The notes beneath the pieces are model-generated. The model saw only the letters and a program-made list of their open reading frames with translations. It was not told where the DNA came from and searched no databases. From an uncultured cyanobacterium (GTDB taxonomy: Bacteria; Cyanobacteriota; Cyanobacteriia; PCC-9006; JAAUQQ01): a DNA stretch of 64,000 nucleotides. Shown piece after piece: positions 10,071-22,335 of this stretch (positions within the stretch are counted from its first letter, which is position 1; every line of letters begins with the position of its first letter). The stretch is from assembly GCA_963718615.1 (NCBI GenBank), contig OY970368.1, forward strand, positions 2,006,475 through 2,070,474. The letters run 5' to 3'. Both the position numbers and the translations under genes were made by a program.

Positions 10071-10510
10071 CGCCCTAGATCCTCAATGGTTGCCGTAAGC
10101 GATGGTCAAAACTTTAATGGTTCTAGCAGTGATGCCAGCGCTTCCCTCAGAGGCTATTTTACGGGCTTTAGGCTCCTCAACTGCAATCGTGCTGATCAAT
10201 TCAAGAGACAAACTACCCAAAAGGCTTAAAAGCAAAAGGCGACTGATTCCATGGCTTTCGCCACCTGAACCGTCGCCCGTCACAGGGAATATCACAGCTA
10301 ACCGATATGAGTATATTCTGGCTTTTCCAATTTCGGAAGACATCCGCCAAATCGCTCATTTCAGGGTTTGATTGCTTTCTTGTCCTAGTACCTTCCGCTG
10401 AGCTGCTGTCACACAACATACTCTTAATGCCCGTAGTACTTGTATCTCTGTCAACTTGGAGTCAACTGGTCCAAAAGCCTCAACGAGGGCAGCCCCCTCT
10501 ATACTGGTGA

Positions 10511-11989
10511 ATGGCGTTGAGAGAAAATCCCTTCAGTTACATGGCATCCATCCGTGAACTGCATCAGCAGCTCATTAACAAAGAGCGTTCGGCGATCGAA
10601 ATTGCGCAGGAATTCCTTCAGCGCATCCAAGATCTGGAGCCGAAACTCCATAGCTTTCTACGAATTACCGAAGAGCAGGCCCTGAATCAAGCTCAACAGG
10701 TGGATGCCCAGATAGCCGCCGGAGAGAACATCGGACTTTTGGCTGGAATCCCCATTGGGATCAAAGACAATCTCTGTACCCAAGGCATTCCGACCACCTG
10801 TGGCTCACGCATTCTTGAAAACTTCGTGCCTCCCTTTGAGTCAACGGTTACCACGCGCTTGGCGGCGGCGGGGGCTGTGATGGTGGGCAAAACGAACCTA
10901 GACGAATTTGCTATGGGCAGTTCTACGGAGAACTCGGCTTATCAGCTAACGGCCAACCCCTGGGATTTAGCGCGGGTACCGGGTGGCTCATCGGGGGGGT
11001 CCGCTGCCGCCGTTGCTGCCAACGAATGTGTAGTTGCCTTGGGGTCGGATACGGGGGGGTCGATTCGCCAACCGGCATCCCTCTGCGGGGTGGTGGGGAT
11101 GAAGCCAACCTATGGCTTGGTGTCTCGCTATGGCTTAGTCGCCTATGCCTCGTCGTTGGATCAGATTGGACCCTTTGGCCAGTCGGTTGAGGATGCGGCG
11201 ATTTTGCTGGGGGCGATCGCCGGTTACGATGCCCAGGACTCGACTAGCCTTAAGGTTGAAGTTCCGGACTATACCCAATCGCTGAAGCCCGACCTCAAGG
11301 GTATGAAGATCGGGGTTATTCAGGAGACCTTTGGGGATGGCCTGGATCCAGAGGTAAAAGCGGTGGTGGAGGGGGCGATCGCCCAACTCAAAGACCTGGG
11401 TGCTGAAATCCAAGAAATTTCCTGTCCTCGGTTCCGCTACGGTCTACCGACCTACTACATCATTGCGCCCTCAGAGGCTTCGGCCAATTTGGCCCGTTAT
11501 GATGGCGTTAAGTATGGGTTCCGCAAACCCGATGCTGAAACCCTGATGGAGATGTACACCAAAACCCGAGCTGAAGGCTTTGGGCCTGAGGTTAAGCGTC
11601 GCATTATGATTGGCACCTATGCGCTTTCCGCCGGGTATTACGATGCCTATTATCTTAAGGCTCAGAAAGTGCGGACATTGATCAAGCAGGACTTTGAAAC
11701 GGCGTTTGAATCCGTTGATGTTTTGGTTTGCCCAACGGCACCGACCACCGCGTTCAAGGCAGGCGAAAAAACCGCCGATCCGCTCAGTATGTATTTGTCT
11801 GACTTGATGACGATTCCGGTCAATCTGGCAGGCTTACCGGGGCTGAGCTTACCCTGTGGCTTCGATCGCCAAGGTCTACCCATTGGGTTACAAATCATCG
11901 GTAATGTTTTGCGAGAAGACCAGGTGCTACAGACAGCCTATGCCTATGAGCAAGCGACAACCTGGCATCAGAAACGGCCTCCGTTATAA
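10511..11989 (+). CDS. gatA: Asp-tRNA(Asn)/Glu-tRNA(Gln) amidotransferase subunit A
   Basis: Amidase signature [12 protein letters not shown]..., [12 protein letters not shown]. Confidence 0.95.
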   Translation: MALRENPFSYMASIRELHQQLINKERSAIEIAQEFLQRIQDLEPKLHSFLRITEEQALNQAQQVDAQIAAGENIGLLAGIPIGIKDNLCTQGIPTTCGSRILENFVPPFESTVTTRLAAAGAVMVGKTNLDEFAMGSSTENSAYQLTANPWDLARVPGGSSGGSAAAVAANECVVALGSDTGGSIRQPASLCGVVGMKPTYGLVSRYGLVAYASSLDQIGPFGQSVEDAAILLGAIAGYDAQDSTSLKVEVPDYTQSLKPDLKGMKIGVIQETFGDGLDPEVKAVVEGAIAQLKDLGAEIQEISCPRFRYGLPTYYIIAPSEASANLARYDGVKYGFRKPDAETLMEMYTKTRAEGFGPEVKRRIMIGTYALSAGYYDAYYLKAQKVRTLIKQDFETAFESVDVLVCPTAPTTAFKAGEKTADPLSMYLSDLMTIPVNLAGLPGLSLPCGFDRQGLPIGLQIIGNVLREDQVLQTAYAYEQATTWHQKRPPL

Positions 11990-12061
11990 GGTCTCGTCGT
12001 CAACCCCAAGGGGGCTGTTTCAAATCTTGTGAGGCTGGTTTAAGTCTTGTGTTAAACCATT

Positions 12062-12100
12062 GAAAAGCGGGGATGTGCTCAGGCATGTCCCCGCTTTCTT
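12062..12100. terminator. bidirectional rho-independent terminator-like hairpin downstream of gatA
   Basis: aaagcgggga...tccccgcttt stem, U-rich flank on both strands. Confidence 0.5.
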
Positions 12101-12178
12101 AAGAATTGTTGTAGACCAAAGAAAACCTGATCGACACAGAAGAGAAATTTCTAGATAAAAGTCTCTAGATAAAAATCT

Positions 12179-12403
12179 CTATTCCTCGTCTTCGTCCCAC
12201 TGTTCAACCGTGAGCAGTTCGCTAACCGGATCTTTCATTGAAAAATCAAATGACTCTAGCTCTTGCTTCAAATAGGACCATTGGTCGCTATAAAGAAACG
12301 CGATTTTCCAAAGCCCATCGGTTGGCTTTAAAACTCCCGACTCAACCAGGGATCTGACATGGCGTTGGAGCTTCACCATGGGGTGGAGAACTTTTTGACT
12401 CAT
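12179..12403 (-). CDS. hypothetical small acidic protein (start likely internal Met MSQKVLHP; ORF extends to 12454)
   Basis: ORF track; lower GC than neighbours; no recognisable family. Confidence 0.35.
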   Translation of the reverse strand: MSQKVLHPMVKLQRHVRSLVESGVLKPTDGLWKIAFLYSDQWSYLKQELESFDFSMKDPVSELLTVEQWDEDEE

Positions 12404-12635
12404 ATTCAAATTGACATGTTTGATTGTAAAAACTTTGGAGCAGTAACTTTGCATCGTCGTTCTTGCAAATTGCGGCGATCGCTACGCCTCAACGCTTCTG
12501 CATCTTTCAGCATCCAACCCTAACATAGAAAAAATAATTCTGTAAATCCTGAAAAGTTACGGTTATTTACGAAACCCAGTTTTTGGATTGATCAGCATCA
12601 CCGAAGTACAGCGAAAGCGGCTGAAACAAGCGGTT

Positions 12636-12668
12636 AAAAAAAACGGCTGAATTCTTAGAATTCAGCCG
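12636..12668 (-). terminator. rho-independent terminator downstream of acidic-protein gene
   Basis: Perfect hairpin cggctgaattc-tta-gaattcagccg followed (minus strand) by U8. Confidence 0.7.
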
Positions 12669-12761
12669 CGATGCGGGTAAACCATCAAAAATAATCTGAT
12701 CATAATCCGATTTGGGATTCAAGGTTCTCTTGCTGCAAATTGCTGAGCAACCCTGACGCCA

Positions 12762-14738
12762 TCAGGTTTTCTGCTCATCTTCAACCATGAGATCTGCAAA
12801 GGGATCGTTTTCTAGACTATCTAGATCGAAGGGATTATCTTCGATGCTGCCAAAAGCCAAGAGATCATCGCCTTCGTCGAAGTGAGGTTCGCCTCCGAGG
12901 TCCTCCAAATCACCCAGGGACGTATCGCTAAACAGGGCCGAGAGGGGGTCGGAGCCGCCGGCTTCTCCAGAGGCTTGAGCGACCTCTGCGTCGACCTCAT
13001 CGGCGGCAAACAGGCTTTCGAGCGATCGCGATACCCGCTGGGGTTGGGCTTCTGAACCCAAGGCGTCACCGAAGGCATCACCCAAGGCATCGCCATCGGA
13101 GGATGCTTCATCCCAAAGATTGGAGTCAAAATCGTCGATGGCATCTAGGGCGATCGCATCAACCTCCAGATCGGGGGCTAGATCATCGGCGGCATCGGCC
13201 TCTAGCTGAAGTTCCTCCAGGCTAAATTCCCCACCCGCCTCCTGGCTATTGTCCAGGACGAATCCTGTCTCTTCAGCCATCCCGAAGTCGTTGGACAGAT
13301 CGGCATCTAGATCTAGGTCGCCCAGGGGATCGGAGAGGGCATCTGTGCCCCATTCCAAGGACTCAGACGGCTCATCAAACAGTCCCTCTGATGCAGCAGT
13401 CATGGGATCCGCGTCTTCTTCGGTGGCCAAGAATCCGGTGTTTTCTTCTGCGGAAGCGGTAAAAAATTCCGTTGACGGTTCCGTTGATCCTTCCGGAGAG
13501 AGATCAAAGGCGTCTAGATCTCCCCCAAAGTCTGTGTCTAGGCTTTCCCCAAAGTTATCGGAAAAGTCATCGGGCAGGCTCTGCTCGTCCCCGGACTCCC
13601 CAAATAAATCCAGAGCCGCCTCAGGCGTTTCGACTCCGGTATCTGTTCCAGCACCTGTGCCAGAGTCAAGGTTTTCGGATAGGTCCAAGCTGTCGGATAG
13701 GTCCAAGCTGTCGGATAGGTCTAGGCTATCCCCAAAGTCCAGTGTCTCTGGAGCATCTAGCTCCCCACCTGTGTCAAATGCGTTCTCCATTCCCTCCAAT
13801 CCTTCTAGGGGATCTAGGGTGTCCCCGGAGAGATCGAACGCATCGTCTGCTGGCATATCTGTGGACATCTCTCCGGGAATTTCTCCAGGGATTTCTCCGG
13901 GCACGTCTTCGGACATCTCTCCAAAGAGAAGGTCATCTTTGAGCACGTCGTCAGAGAGGTCTCCCTCATCAGCTTCAGAGGTGGCATCCCATGGTAAATC
14001 TGCTGGTAGATCTGCTGCTTCCGCTACTAGTGCAGCCGCTCCCATACCGGCGATCGCCACTCCAGCAACTCCCAAGGCTGGGGGCGGCGGTGGCGGTGAA
14101 GGCAGCTCTGCCTCCTCCTCGCCCGTCACCTCAGACAACCACTCTGCACCGGACCCCTGGGTGATATCGTCATGACCCACTTCAATGGTTTCCGCCTCAA
14201 AGCCCAAATTCTCAGGAGCCGTGCCATCCTCAATCGCCACGAGGGAATCATCGCTGAATGCCTCATCAAAGGAATCGAAGGACAAGTCGCTGGATGGATC
14301 GCTAGATAGATCGCTGGAATCAGTAGCCGTTTGTCTTTTTGCTTTTTCTTCGGATAGCTCTCCAGATTTTGCCTCAGCAGCGATATCTTCTGGAGACATC
14401 TCGATCAGATCCAAGAGGGCCTGCAAGCTGTCAATGTTGTCGCGAATACTGCTGCATCCCGCCACAACCTGCTGCATGTGTCCTTCGGCCAGCGCTGTAT
14501 ACACCCCATCACTGAGGAAACCACTTCCCACGGATGTTTCAATCCGACCTTCCAATAAATTAATGTGGGTGCAAATTTTTTGGCTGTCGGGCAGTGCCTC
14601 CATCGGACTGCTCCCTTCCCCATCGTTCACAATGCGGGTGACGATCTGAAGCTGCATGACATCATCTAGGACCGATTGAATGGCTCCAGCGATGTCGCCG
14701 CTTCTAGCCTGTTCTAGAAATTTCTGACTCGTCACCAT
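12762..14738 (-). CDS. highly acidic, repeat-rich, intrinsically disordered protein with ~120-aa N-terminal globular domain
   Basis: 658 aa; D/E/S/L/F-rich tail with tandem repeats (DSLDLS x3, PGEIPGEIPGE); long minus-strand ORF with terminator downstream. Confidence 0.6.
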   Translation of the reverse strand: MVTSQKFLEQARSGDIAGAIQSVLDDVMQLQIVTRIVNDGEGSSPMEALPDSQKICTHINLLEGRIETSVGSGFLSDGVYTALAEGHMQQVVAGCSSIRDNIDSLQALLDLIEMSPEDIAAEAKSGELSEEKAKRQTATDSSDLSSDPSSDLSFDSFDEAFSDDSLVAIEDGTAPENLGFEAETIEVGHDDITQGSGAEWLSEVTGEEEAELPSPPPPPPALGVAGVAIAGMGAAALVAEAADLPADLPWDATSEADEGDLSDDVLKDDLLFGEMSEDVPGEIPGEIPGEMSTDMPADDAFDLSGDTLDPLEGLEGMENAFDTGGELDAPETLDFGDSLDLSDSLDLSDSLDLSENLDSGTGAGTDTGVETPEAALDLFGESGDEQSLPDDFSDNFGESLDTDFGGDLDAFDLSPEGSTEPSTEFFTASAEENTGFLATEEDADPMTAASEGLFDEPSESLEWGTDALSDPLGDLDLDADLSNDFGMAEETGFVLDNSQEAGGEFSLEELQLEADAADDLAPDLEVDAIALDAIDDFDSNLWDEASSDGDALGDAFGDALGSEAQPQRVSRSLESLFAADEVDAEVAQASGEAGGSDPLSALFSDTSLGDLEDLGGEPHFDEGDDLLAFGSIEDNPFDLDSLENDPFADLMVEDEQKT

Positions 14739-15068
14739 GGGTCACTTTCTCCAAAAGGAACGGGGGAATGAGAGGAAATAAAGGATTTTGAAAACCGGGC
14801 CTGTATCCTGATCTGTATCCTGGGGGATAGCTAGTGTCGCGATCGCCCCTATCTTGACTTAAAACTTCGCGTTATTTCATCAGTCTTTTCATCGATGAAT
14901 TCATAAATTAGCGGCAGCGGATCAGAAGGCTTGCGATATTTTGCCGCTAAGTTTAACCGGATTCTACACAAATGCCAAAAGCAAATCCCTAAAAATGCCA
15001 AAAGAGGGACGCTTCAGCAACGCCCCTCTTTTAACGTGGCAGAGATCCTAAAAAATCCCAATGATGGC

Positions 15069-16076
15069 TTAACCCAGCGCTACCGTCGCAACCTTCATTT
15101 CCTTGGAGGTGAGGCGCTCATAGGCAGCCCGCATTTTCAGCCCTGTCAACACTTGGAATAGACCCGTGCCGTTGGCAGAACCCGGATAGTCCTTGTGCTG
15201 GAGCAGCAGGTGGGACATTTCACCGTAGTATTTCGTATCCGTTTTGCTGAGGTGACCCTCGATGTAGATCATCTCTTCTAGATTATCGAACTGACCGTCG
15301 ACCTCTAGAATCGAGACCTCGTTACCGTAGTAACTGTCCGGACCGTAGTGCAGACGAATGCCGGGGTAGGAACAGGTGAGTTTCCGACCACAGGGAATCC
15401 AGTCAATAGTTGACCCTTCGTCAAACAGATAGACCGGCTCAAAGCCCTCAACCCCTTCCCGCTGAATCATCTGAACGCGGAGAATCTTGCCTTCCTTCTC
15501 ATCTTCGATCAGATTTGTGGGCAGAACCCGCAGAACAACGTCGGCATGGGCTTTCTGGGGATCAATATAGGCATCAAAGTCCGGCTTACGGGCATTGATC
15601 GAAGCCAAGATATCCTCGTAGGTGTGGCCACGCTCTGCCATGTCCCGCTGGATTTTCCAGGCGATTTTCACCTCGTCGCTAATGTCGAGATAAACGCTGA
15701 AGTCCAGCAGCGAACGGACCCGCTCATCAAACAGAGGATGCAAGCCCTCGATCACCACAATATGATTCGGCTCAACTTTTTCAGGGGGATCGAGTTCGCC
15801 GGTCTCGTGGTTATAAATCGGTTTATCAATGGGTTCACCATTTTTCAAGGCTTTGATCTGCTCGTACATCAGATCAAAATTATTTGCTGCCGGGTTGAGG
15901 GCCGTTACCCCTTTTTCCTTGCGACCCTTGCGGTCCAGACTGTGGTAGTCATCCAGGCAGATCACCGTCATCAGCTCCCGGCCAAATAAATCGGCCAGAC
16001 GGCGGAGGAATGTGGACTTTCCACACCCAGAATCTCCAGCGACTCCAATTAAAACCACGCGTTCTGGCTTACTCAT
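15069..16076 (-). CDS. prk: phosphoribulokinase
   Basis: P-loop GVAGDSGCGKST and PRK family similarity over full length. Confidence 0.95.
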   Translation of the reverse strand: MSKPERVVLIGVAGDSGCGKSTFLRRLADLFGRELMTVICLDDYHSLDRKGRKEKGVTALNPAANNFDLMYEQIKALKNGEPIDKPIYNHETGELDPPEKVEPNHIVVIEGLHPLFDERVRSLLDFSVYLDISDEVKIAWKIQRDMAERGHTYEDILASINARKPDFDAYIDPQKAHADVVLRVLPTNLIEDEKEGKILRVQMIQREGVEGFEPVYLFDEGSTIDWIPCGRKLTCSYPGIRLHYGPDSYYGNEVSILEVDGQFDNLEEMIYIEGHLSKTDTKYYGEMSHLLLQHKDYPGSANGTGLFQVLTGLKMRAAYERLTSKEMKVATVALG

Positions 16077-16573
16077 TATGTCCCCTCTGTAAAGCAGTGC
16101 TGTGTGAAGTAGGTTAACAGACCTATTGAAACGGCCCGGAGAGCTTTTCTCTGGATCGTCATCCCCTAGGAGTAGGCATTATTGCTGTCTAGTGCAATCG
16201 ATATTACCAAAATTAGAATTTCGCGAACAAGCGTTAAGCAAATCCGGTACAGATTATTCCTGAGACTGACGCGATCGCCACAGATTCCCCCGAGGACATT
16301 CCGTAAGGTATGGGACAACGCCAGCACTTGGCAGGGAGCCCCAAACATAAATCAGTTAGCTCTCTGCCTGCCCCTCTGCCAACGTCGCTAGAACATGGGT
16401 CCCCCGACAAGCGGTGAATTTGACCCAAGGACAGCGCTAAGAGGGGGCGCTGCTTAATGATACGCTAGTCATTAATACCGACTGCATCTTCGCAAAGATT
16501 CAGTCGGAGTTATTGTGAAGGGGGATGTTTCCGCCAGCACAGTGGTATTTGTGTAGGTTCGGAGAATTCATAA

Positions 16574-17803
<1,230 letters not shown>

Positions 17804-17836
17804 GCCCATAGCTCGTTAGTCTGTTTCTAAAACTTG

Positions 17837-17877
17837 AAAACCCTACCTGCGGATTAGGAGGTAGGGTTTTTGTTTGC
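17837..17877 (+). terminator. rho-independent terminator after petH
   Basis: ccctacct...aggtaggg hairpin followed by tttttgttt. Confidence 0.7.
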
Positions 17878-18073
17878 CTGGATTGCTTCACCTAGACTGG
17901 CTAACCTGGAATGAATTGGGAGCTTGACAGACCATTGCAATTCCTTAAGCGCCACTGACCACACCAAATTTACCTGCCTATCCTGGGGATGAGGATGCTG
18001 GATATCCCTATCAGCTATTGAACCCTTAGCCGCATCCCGAGCCAGTACTGAAACCACAAGCAGGAAGTCACCC

Positions 18074-19171
18074 ATGCCTGGAGAAACCTATCAACCCCCT
18101 GAGCAAGCACTGGCGATCGATCGCGATTGCATGACGCTCTCCCGTCATGTGTTGACGCAACTTCAAAGCTTTTCCGCCGACGCCCAAGATCTCAGCGCCT
18201 TAATGTCCCGCATTGGGTTAGCCGCCAAACTGATTGCCCGTCGGCTGAGTCGCGCGGGCTTGATGGAAAATACCCTTGGGTTTACAGGGGAAACCAACGT
18301 CCAGGGGGAAGCCGTTAAAAAAATGGATCTCTATGCCAACGAGGTCTTCATCTCGGCCTTTAAGCAAAGTGGCTTAGTTTGCCGGTTGGCCTCTGAGGAA
18401 ATGGAGAAACCCTATTACATTCCTGAAAACTGTCCTATTGGTCGCTACACGCTGCTTTACGATCCTATTGATGGTTCATCCAACGTTGATATCAACCTCA
18501 ACGTCGGCTCAATCTTCGCGATTCGTCAGCAGGAGGGCGACGACCTGGCGGGGGAAGGCCGTGATTTGCTCCAATCTGGCCATAAGCAGATTGCGGCAGG
18601 CTATGTCCTCTACGGTCCCAGTACGGTTTTGGTCTATTCCATTGGGACTGGCGTTCATCTTTTTACCTTGGATCCCAGCTTAGGAGAATTTATCCTTTCG
18701 CAAGAAAATATCCGCATACCGGAGCATGGGCCGGTGTATAGCGTTAACGAAGGCAACTTCTGGCAATGGGAAGAGTCTTTCCGAGACTATGTGCGCTATG
18801 TCCATCGCCATGAAGGGTATACCGGTCGTTATAGCGGTGCGCTGGTCGGAGACTTCCATCGGATTTTGCTCCAGGGAGGTGTGTTTATTTATCCAGGAAC
18901 TGTGAAAAATCCAGCCGGTAAACTGCGGCTGTTGTACGAATCGGCTCCGCTGGCTTTTTTGATGGAGCAGGCCGGTGGGCGAGCTAGTACAGGTACGCAG
19001 GAAATTCTGAGCGTTGTCCCGGATGCCGTTCATACTCGAACCCCTCTCATTGTCGGGAGCAAGGAAGATGTGGCGCTGGTAGAGTCCTTTATCCAGGAAT
19101 ACCAACGCATGCAGCGATTGGCTGCACCCAGCTCCGACGGATTGCCCACCGCTGCGATCCCCGGCCTTTGA
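18074..19171 (+). CDS. fbp: fructose-1,6-bisphosphatase class 1
   Basis: FBPase-I motifs ([19 protein letters not shown]). Confidence 0.9.
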   Translation: MPGETYQPPEQALAIDRDCMTLSRHVLTQLQSFSADAQDLSALMSRIGLAAKLIARRLSRAGLMENTLGFTGETNVQGEAVKKMDLYANEVFISAFKQSGLVCRLASEEMEKPYYIPENCPIGRYTLLYDPIDGSSNVDINLNVGSIFAIRQQEGDDLAGEGRDLLQSGHKQIAAGYVLYGPSTVLVYSIGTGVHLFTLDPSLGEFILSQENIRIPEHGPVYSVNEGNFWQWEESFRDYVRYVHRHEGYTGRYSGALVGDFHRILLQGGVFIYPGTVKNPAGKLRLLYESAPLAFLMEQAGGRASTGTQEILSVVPDAVHTRTPLIVGSKEDVALVESFIQEYQRMQRLAAPSSDGLPTAAIPGL

Positions 19172-19313
19172 TGGCCCAACGGTTCAAAAACTTAAGATTT
19201 TCTTCCCGTCTATTCCCTGTTCCCCGTACCCGATATCACTTTCAGGGTCTGAATCGGCTCGGCATAATGAAGACAAATCGCTTGCTCTATTTCTGCCCCA
19301 TTTCTAAGATTCT

Positions 19314-20843
19314 ATGGTTTCTCTTCTCGAAAATCCCCTGCGCGTTGGTCTGCGGCAAGAACGCATGCCGGAGCCCCAAATCCTCATTATTTTTGGTGCC
19401 TCGGGGGACTTAACCCAGCGTAAGCTAGTGCCCGCACTCTACGCGCTCTACGTCGAGCGTCGATTACCCCCTCAAATTACGATCGTGGGAGTGGCTCGGC
19501 GGGACTGGAGCCATGACTTTTTTCGCGAACACCTGCGAGAAGGGGTGGAAGAGTTTGGCGGGGGACTAGGCTCTGAGGAAGTTTGGGACGAGTTTGCCAG
19601 GGGGTTGTTTTACTGCGCGGGTGATATTGACAGCCAAGAGAGCTACCAAAAGCTCAAGGCCTTTCTGGGGGAACTGGATGAACAGCGCGGGACCCGAGGC
19701 AATCGCACGTTTTACTTGTCGGTGGGGCCTCGGTTTTTCGGTGAAGCAGCCACCCAGCTGGGCAATGCAGGCATGTTGGGTGACTCGCGTAAGACCCGTC
19801 TGGTGATTGAGAAACCCTTTGGCCGTAACTTGAGCACAGCTCAGGCGCTGAACCGCACCGTTCGCAGTGTCTGCGCCGAGGAGCAAATCTATCGGATCGA
19901 CCACTATCTTGGGAAAGAGACGGTTCAGAATCTGATGGTATTTCGGTTTGCCAATGCCATTTTTGAGCCGCTTTGGAATCGTCAGTTTGTCGATCACGTA
20001 CAGATTACCGTGGCCGAAACTGTGGGCTTAGAGGGACGGGCGGGCTATTACGAAACCTCTGGGGCGCTGCGGGATATGGTGCAAAATCACCTAATGCAGC
20101 TCTTTGCCCTAACGGCGATGGAGCCCCCTAATTCCCTGGATGCCGATGCCATTCGCAATGAAAAGGTTAAGGTCATTCAGGCGACCCGGTTGGCGGACTT
20201 GGAACATCTCGATTGTGCGGCGGTACGGGGGCAATATACCGCAGGCTGGATGAAGGGTAAGGCGGTTCCTGGCTATCGCGACGAAGAAGGGGCCAGTGCG
20301 GGGTCCACGACGCCGACCTATGCGGCCCTGAAGCTGGCGATCGACAATTGGCGCTGGAAAGGGGTTCCGTTTTATCTGCGGACGGGTAAACGCATGCCTA
20401 AAAAGGTGACAGAAATTGCGATTCAGTTCAAAGAAGTTCCCTTTTTGATGTTCCAATCGGCGGCCAAACAAGCCAACCCCAATGTCCTGGCGTTGCGGAT
20501 TCAGCCTAACGAAGGGATTTCCATGCGGTTTGATGTGAAAATGCCGGGTTCTTCCCTGCGGACGCGATCGGTCGATATGGACTTTAGCTATGACTCCGCC
20601 TTTGGCAAAGGAACGCAGGATGCCTACAGCCGCCTACTGGTGGACTGCATGTTAGGGGATCAAACCCTCTTTACCCGAGGCGATGAGGTTGAAGCGTCTT
20701 GGCGAGTTGTTACGCCGATTTTGGATGCTTGGGACAATGCAGCTGATCCAGAGGCAATTCCCCTATATGAGGCCGGAACTTGGGAGCCTGCCGAGGCGGA
20801 GTTTCTGCTCAATCGCGATGGCCGCAAATGGCGGCGATTGTGA
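19314..20843 (+). CDS. zwf: glucose-6-phosphate 1-dehydrogenase
   Basis: [13 protein letters not shown]-binding IFGASGDLT. Confidence 0.95.
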   Translation: MVSLLENPLRVGLRQERMPEPQILIIFGASGDLTQRKLVPALYALYVERRLPPQITIVGVARRDWSHDFFREHLREGVEEFGGGLGSEEVWDEFARGLFYCAGDIDSQESYQKLKAFLGELDEQRGTRGNRTFYLSVGPRFFGEAATQLGNAGMLGDSRKTRLVIEKPFGRNLSTAQALNRTVRSVCAEEQIYRIDHYLGKETVQNLMVFRFANAIFEPLWNRQFVDHVQITVAETVGLEGRAGYYETSGALRDMVQNHLMQLFALTAMEPPNSLDADAIRNEKVKVIQATRLADLEHLDCAAVRGQYTAGWMKGKAVPGYRDEEGASAGSTTPTYAALKLAIDNWRWKGVPFYLRTGKRMPKKVTEIAIQFKEVPFLMFQSAAKQANPNVLALRIQPNEGISMRFDVKMPGSSLRTRSVDMDFSYDSAFGKGTQDAYSRLLVDCMLGDQTLFTRGDEVEASWRVVTPILDAWDNAADPEAIPLYEAGTWEPAEAEFLLNRDGRKWRRL

Positions 20844-20894
20844 ATCCTATGTGAATTCTAAAAATCCTCATTTCTCAATATTTCTCAATTTTTA

Positions 20895-22226
20895 ATGACT
20901 ATGACCACTCCTCTTGTTGCGCTCCAAAAACCCAAAGCCATTTCCGTTGCCCAGATTGAAGCTGAGCTGAGCGAAATCTGGCTGAGTCAGCAAAATAACT
21001 CTGGTGTCCTTGCGACCCGTGCGGCCACCTTTAGCATGGTCATCTATGAGCCTGAAGAATTTCAGCAGCTCCTGGCGGCGCTGGGCTTTTACGATGGGGC
21101 GATCGATGGTATCCATGGCCCTGCGACTAAAGCCGCTGTCAAGGCAGCTCAGCGAGCCTATGGGATTGAGGAAACGGGACGGGTTGGGCCACAAACCCTG
21201 GCTAAGCTGCGGGAGGAGCGGGATTCTACTGGGGCGAAGGACCAACCCGTTTCCAACTTGAATATGCGGGGATTTAGCGTGAGTGATGCGATCGCCACCC
21301 AAAACCCCTGCCGGATCATCACCCTCTGCCCTATCTTGACCGGTGAATCCTCCCTTTCTGCCCAGGTTTCGGCCTATTGCCCCATCCATAAAGGCAACGA
21401 CAGCACGCTGATGTGTTGCGAATACATTACGCTCAAGGGCACCAAAGAGGAGCTGCAAGGGGTTGGAGAATTGGTTCAGTCGCTGATGATCCCCAATCTG
21501 CCGCGTTTTGTTTGGTGGAAAGCCACGCCCAATCCAGAGCAACCGCTGTTTCAGGATCTGAGCCAAGCCTGTGATTGCATGATCTTTGACTCCTGCTACT
21601 TCAGTGAACCGGAGGCAGAGCTGCTCAAGCTACAACAGTTGCTGGAAGGACAAACCTACGTTGCGGATCTAAACTGGCATCGTCTGGCAGCTTGGCAGGA
21701 ACTGGCAGCGGCGGCCTATGACGCTCCGGAGCGGCGACGGGATCTTTTGGAGGTCGATCGCGTCACCATTGACTATGAAAAAGGCAATGCCGCGCAAGCG
21801 CTGATGTTTTTGGGGTGGTTGGCCAGCCGCCTAGAGTGGCAACCCATCGTTTACGTCGAAGAAGGTGGTGACTACAATATTAGCCGCGCCAAATTCCAAG
21901 GGCCCCAGGGCCGGGAGATTGAAGCCGAGCTGGCGGGGATTCCTGTGGCGGACTGGGGGCAAATTCCAGGGGATTTGGTCGGTTTACGGCTCGCTTCGAC
22001 CAATACAGACGCCAACTGCGCCACAATTCTTTGTTCGGAGACAACGGGCTGTATGCGGATGGAATCGGGCGGCAGTGCTCAAACGGCCACGACCCACCAG
22101 GTGACACCGCCCACCGACGAGAGCGCCGAAGGCCTGATGGCACAACAGCTCCAAAGCTGGGGCCGCAACGTTCTCTATGAAGAAAGCCTTGAGATGACCG
22201 CCGCCATCCTCAAGCAAAAAGCCTAG
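20895..22226 (+). CDS. opcA: G6PDH assembly protein OpcA with an inserted peptidoglycan-binding-like (PG_binding_1-type) segment
   Basis: Cyanobacterial OpcA N-terminus (LQKPKAISVAQIEAELSEIW), immediately downstream of zwf; LGFYDGAIDGIHGPATKAAVKAAQRAYGIEETGRVGPQTLAKL insert. Confidence 0.8.
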   Translation: MTMTTPLVALQKPKAISVAQIEAELSEIWLSQQNNSGVLATRAATFSMVIYEPEEFQQLLAALGFYDGAIDGIHGPATKAAVKAAQRAYGIEETGRVGPQTLAKLREERDSTGAKDQPVSNLNMRGFSVSDAIATQNPCRIITLCPILTGESSLSAQVSAYCPIHKGNDSTLMCCEYITLKGTKEELQGVGELVQSLMIPNLPRFVWWKATPNPEQPLFQDLSQACDCMIFDSCYFSEPEAELLKLQQLLEGQTYVADLNWHRLAAWQELAAAAYDAPERRRDLLEVDRVTIDYEKGNAAQALMFLGWLASRLEWQPIVYVEEGGDYNISRAKFQGPQGREIEAELAGIPVADWGQIPGDLVGLRLASTNTDANCATILCSETTGCMRMESGGSAQTATTHQVTPPTDESAEGLMAQQLQSWGRNVLYEESLEMTAAILKQKA

Positions 22227-22335
22227 GTAAGCGGTGGAGCATAACGCAAAGTTCTGCTGCTCAGATGTGCCAAATATCCCTGGACGTGATATCGTACCTT
22301 CGTACTACTCTTGAGCACAGTCTCATTCAATAGAC

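Noticed and set aside
10071-10510. Small ORFs (10083..10343, 10102..10371, 10213..10419, 10307..10510) in the 440-bp gap between the carbonic anhydrase and gatA
   Set aside because: Overlapping, mutually exclusive short ORFs with no conservation signal. The region is treated as an intergenic or promoter region.
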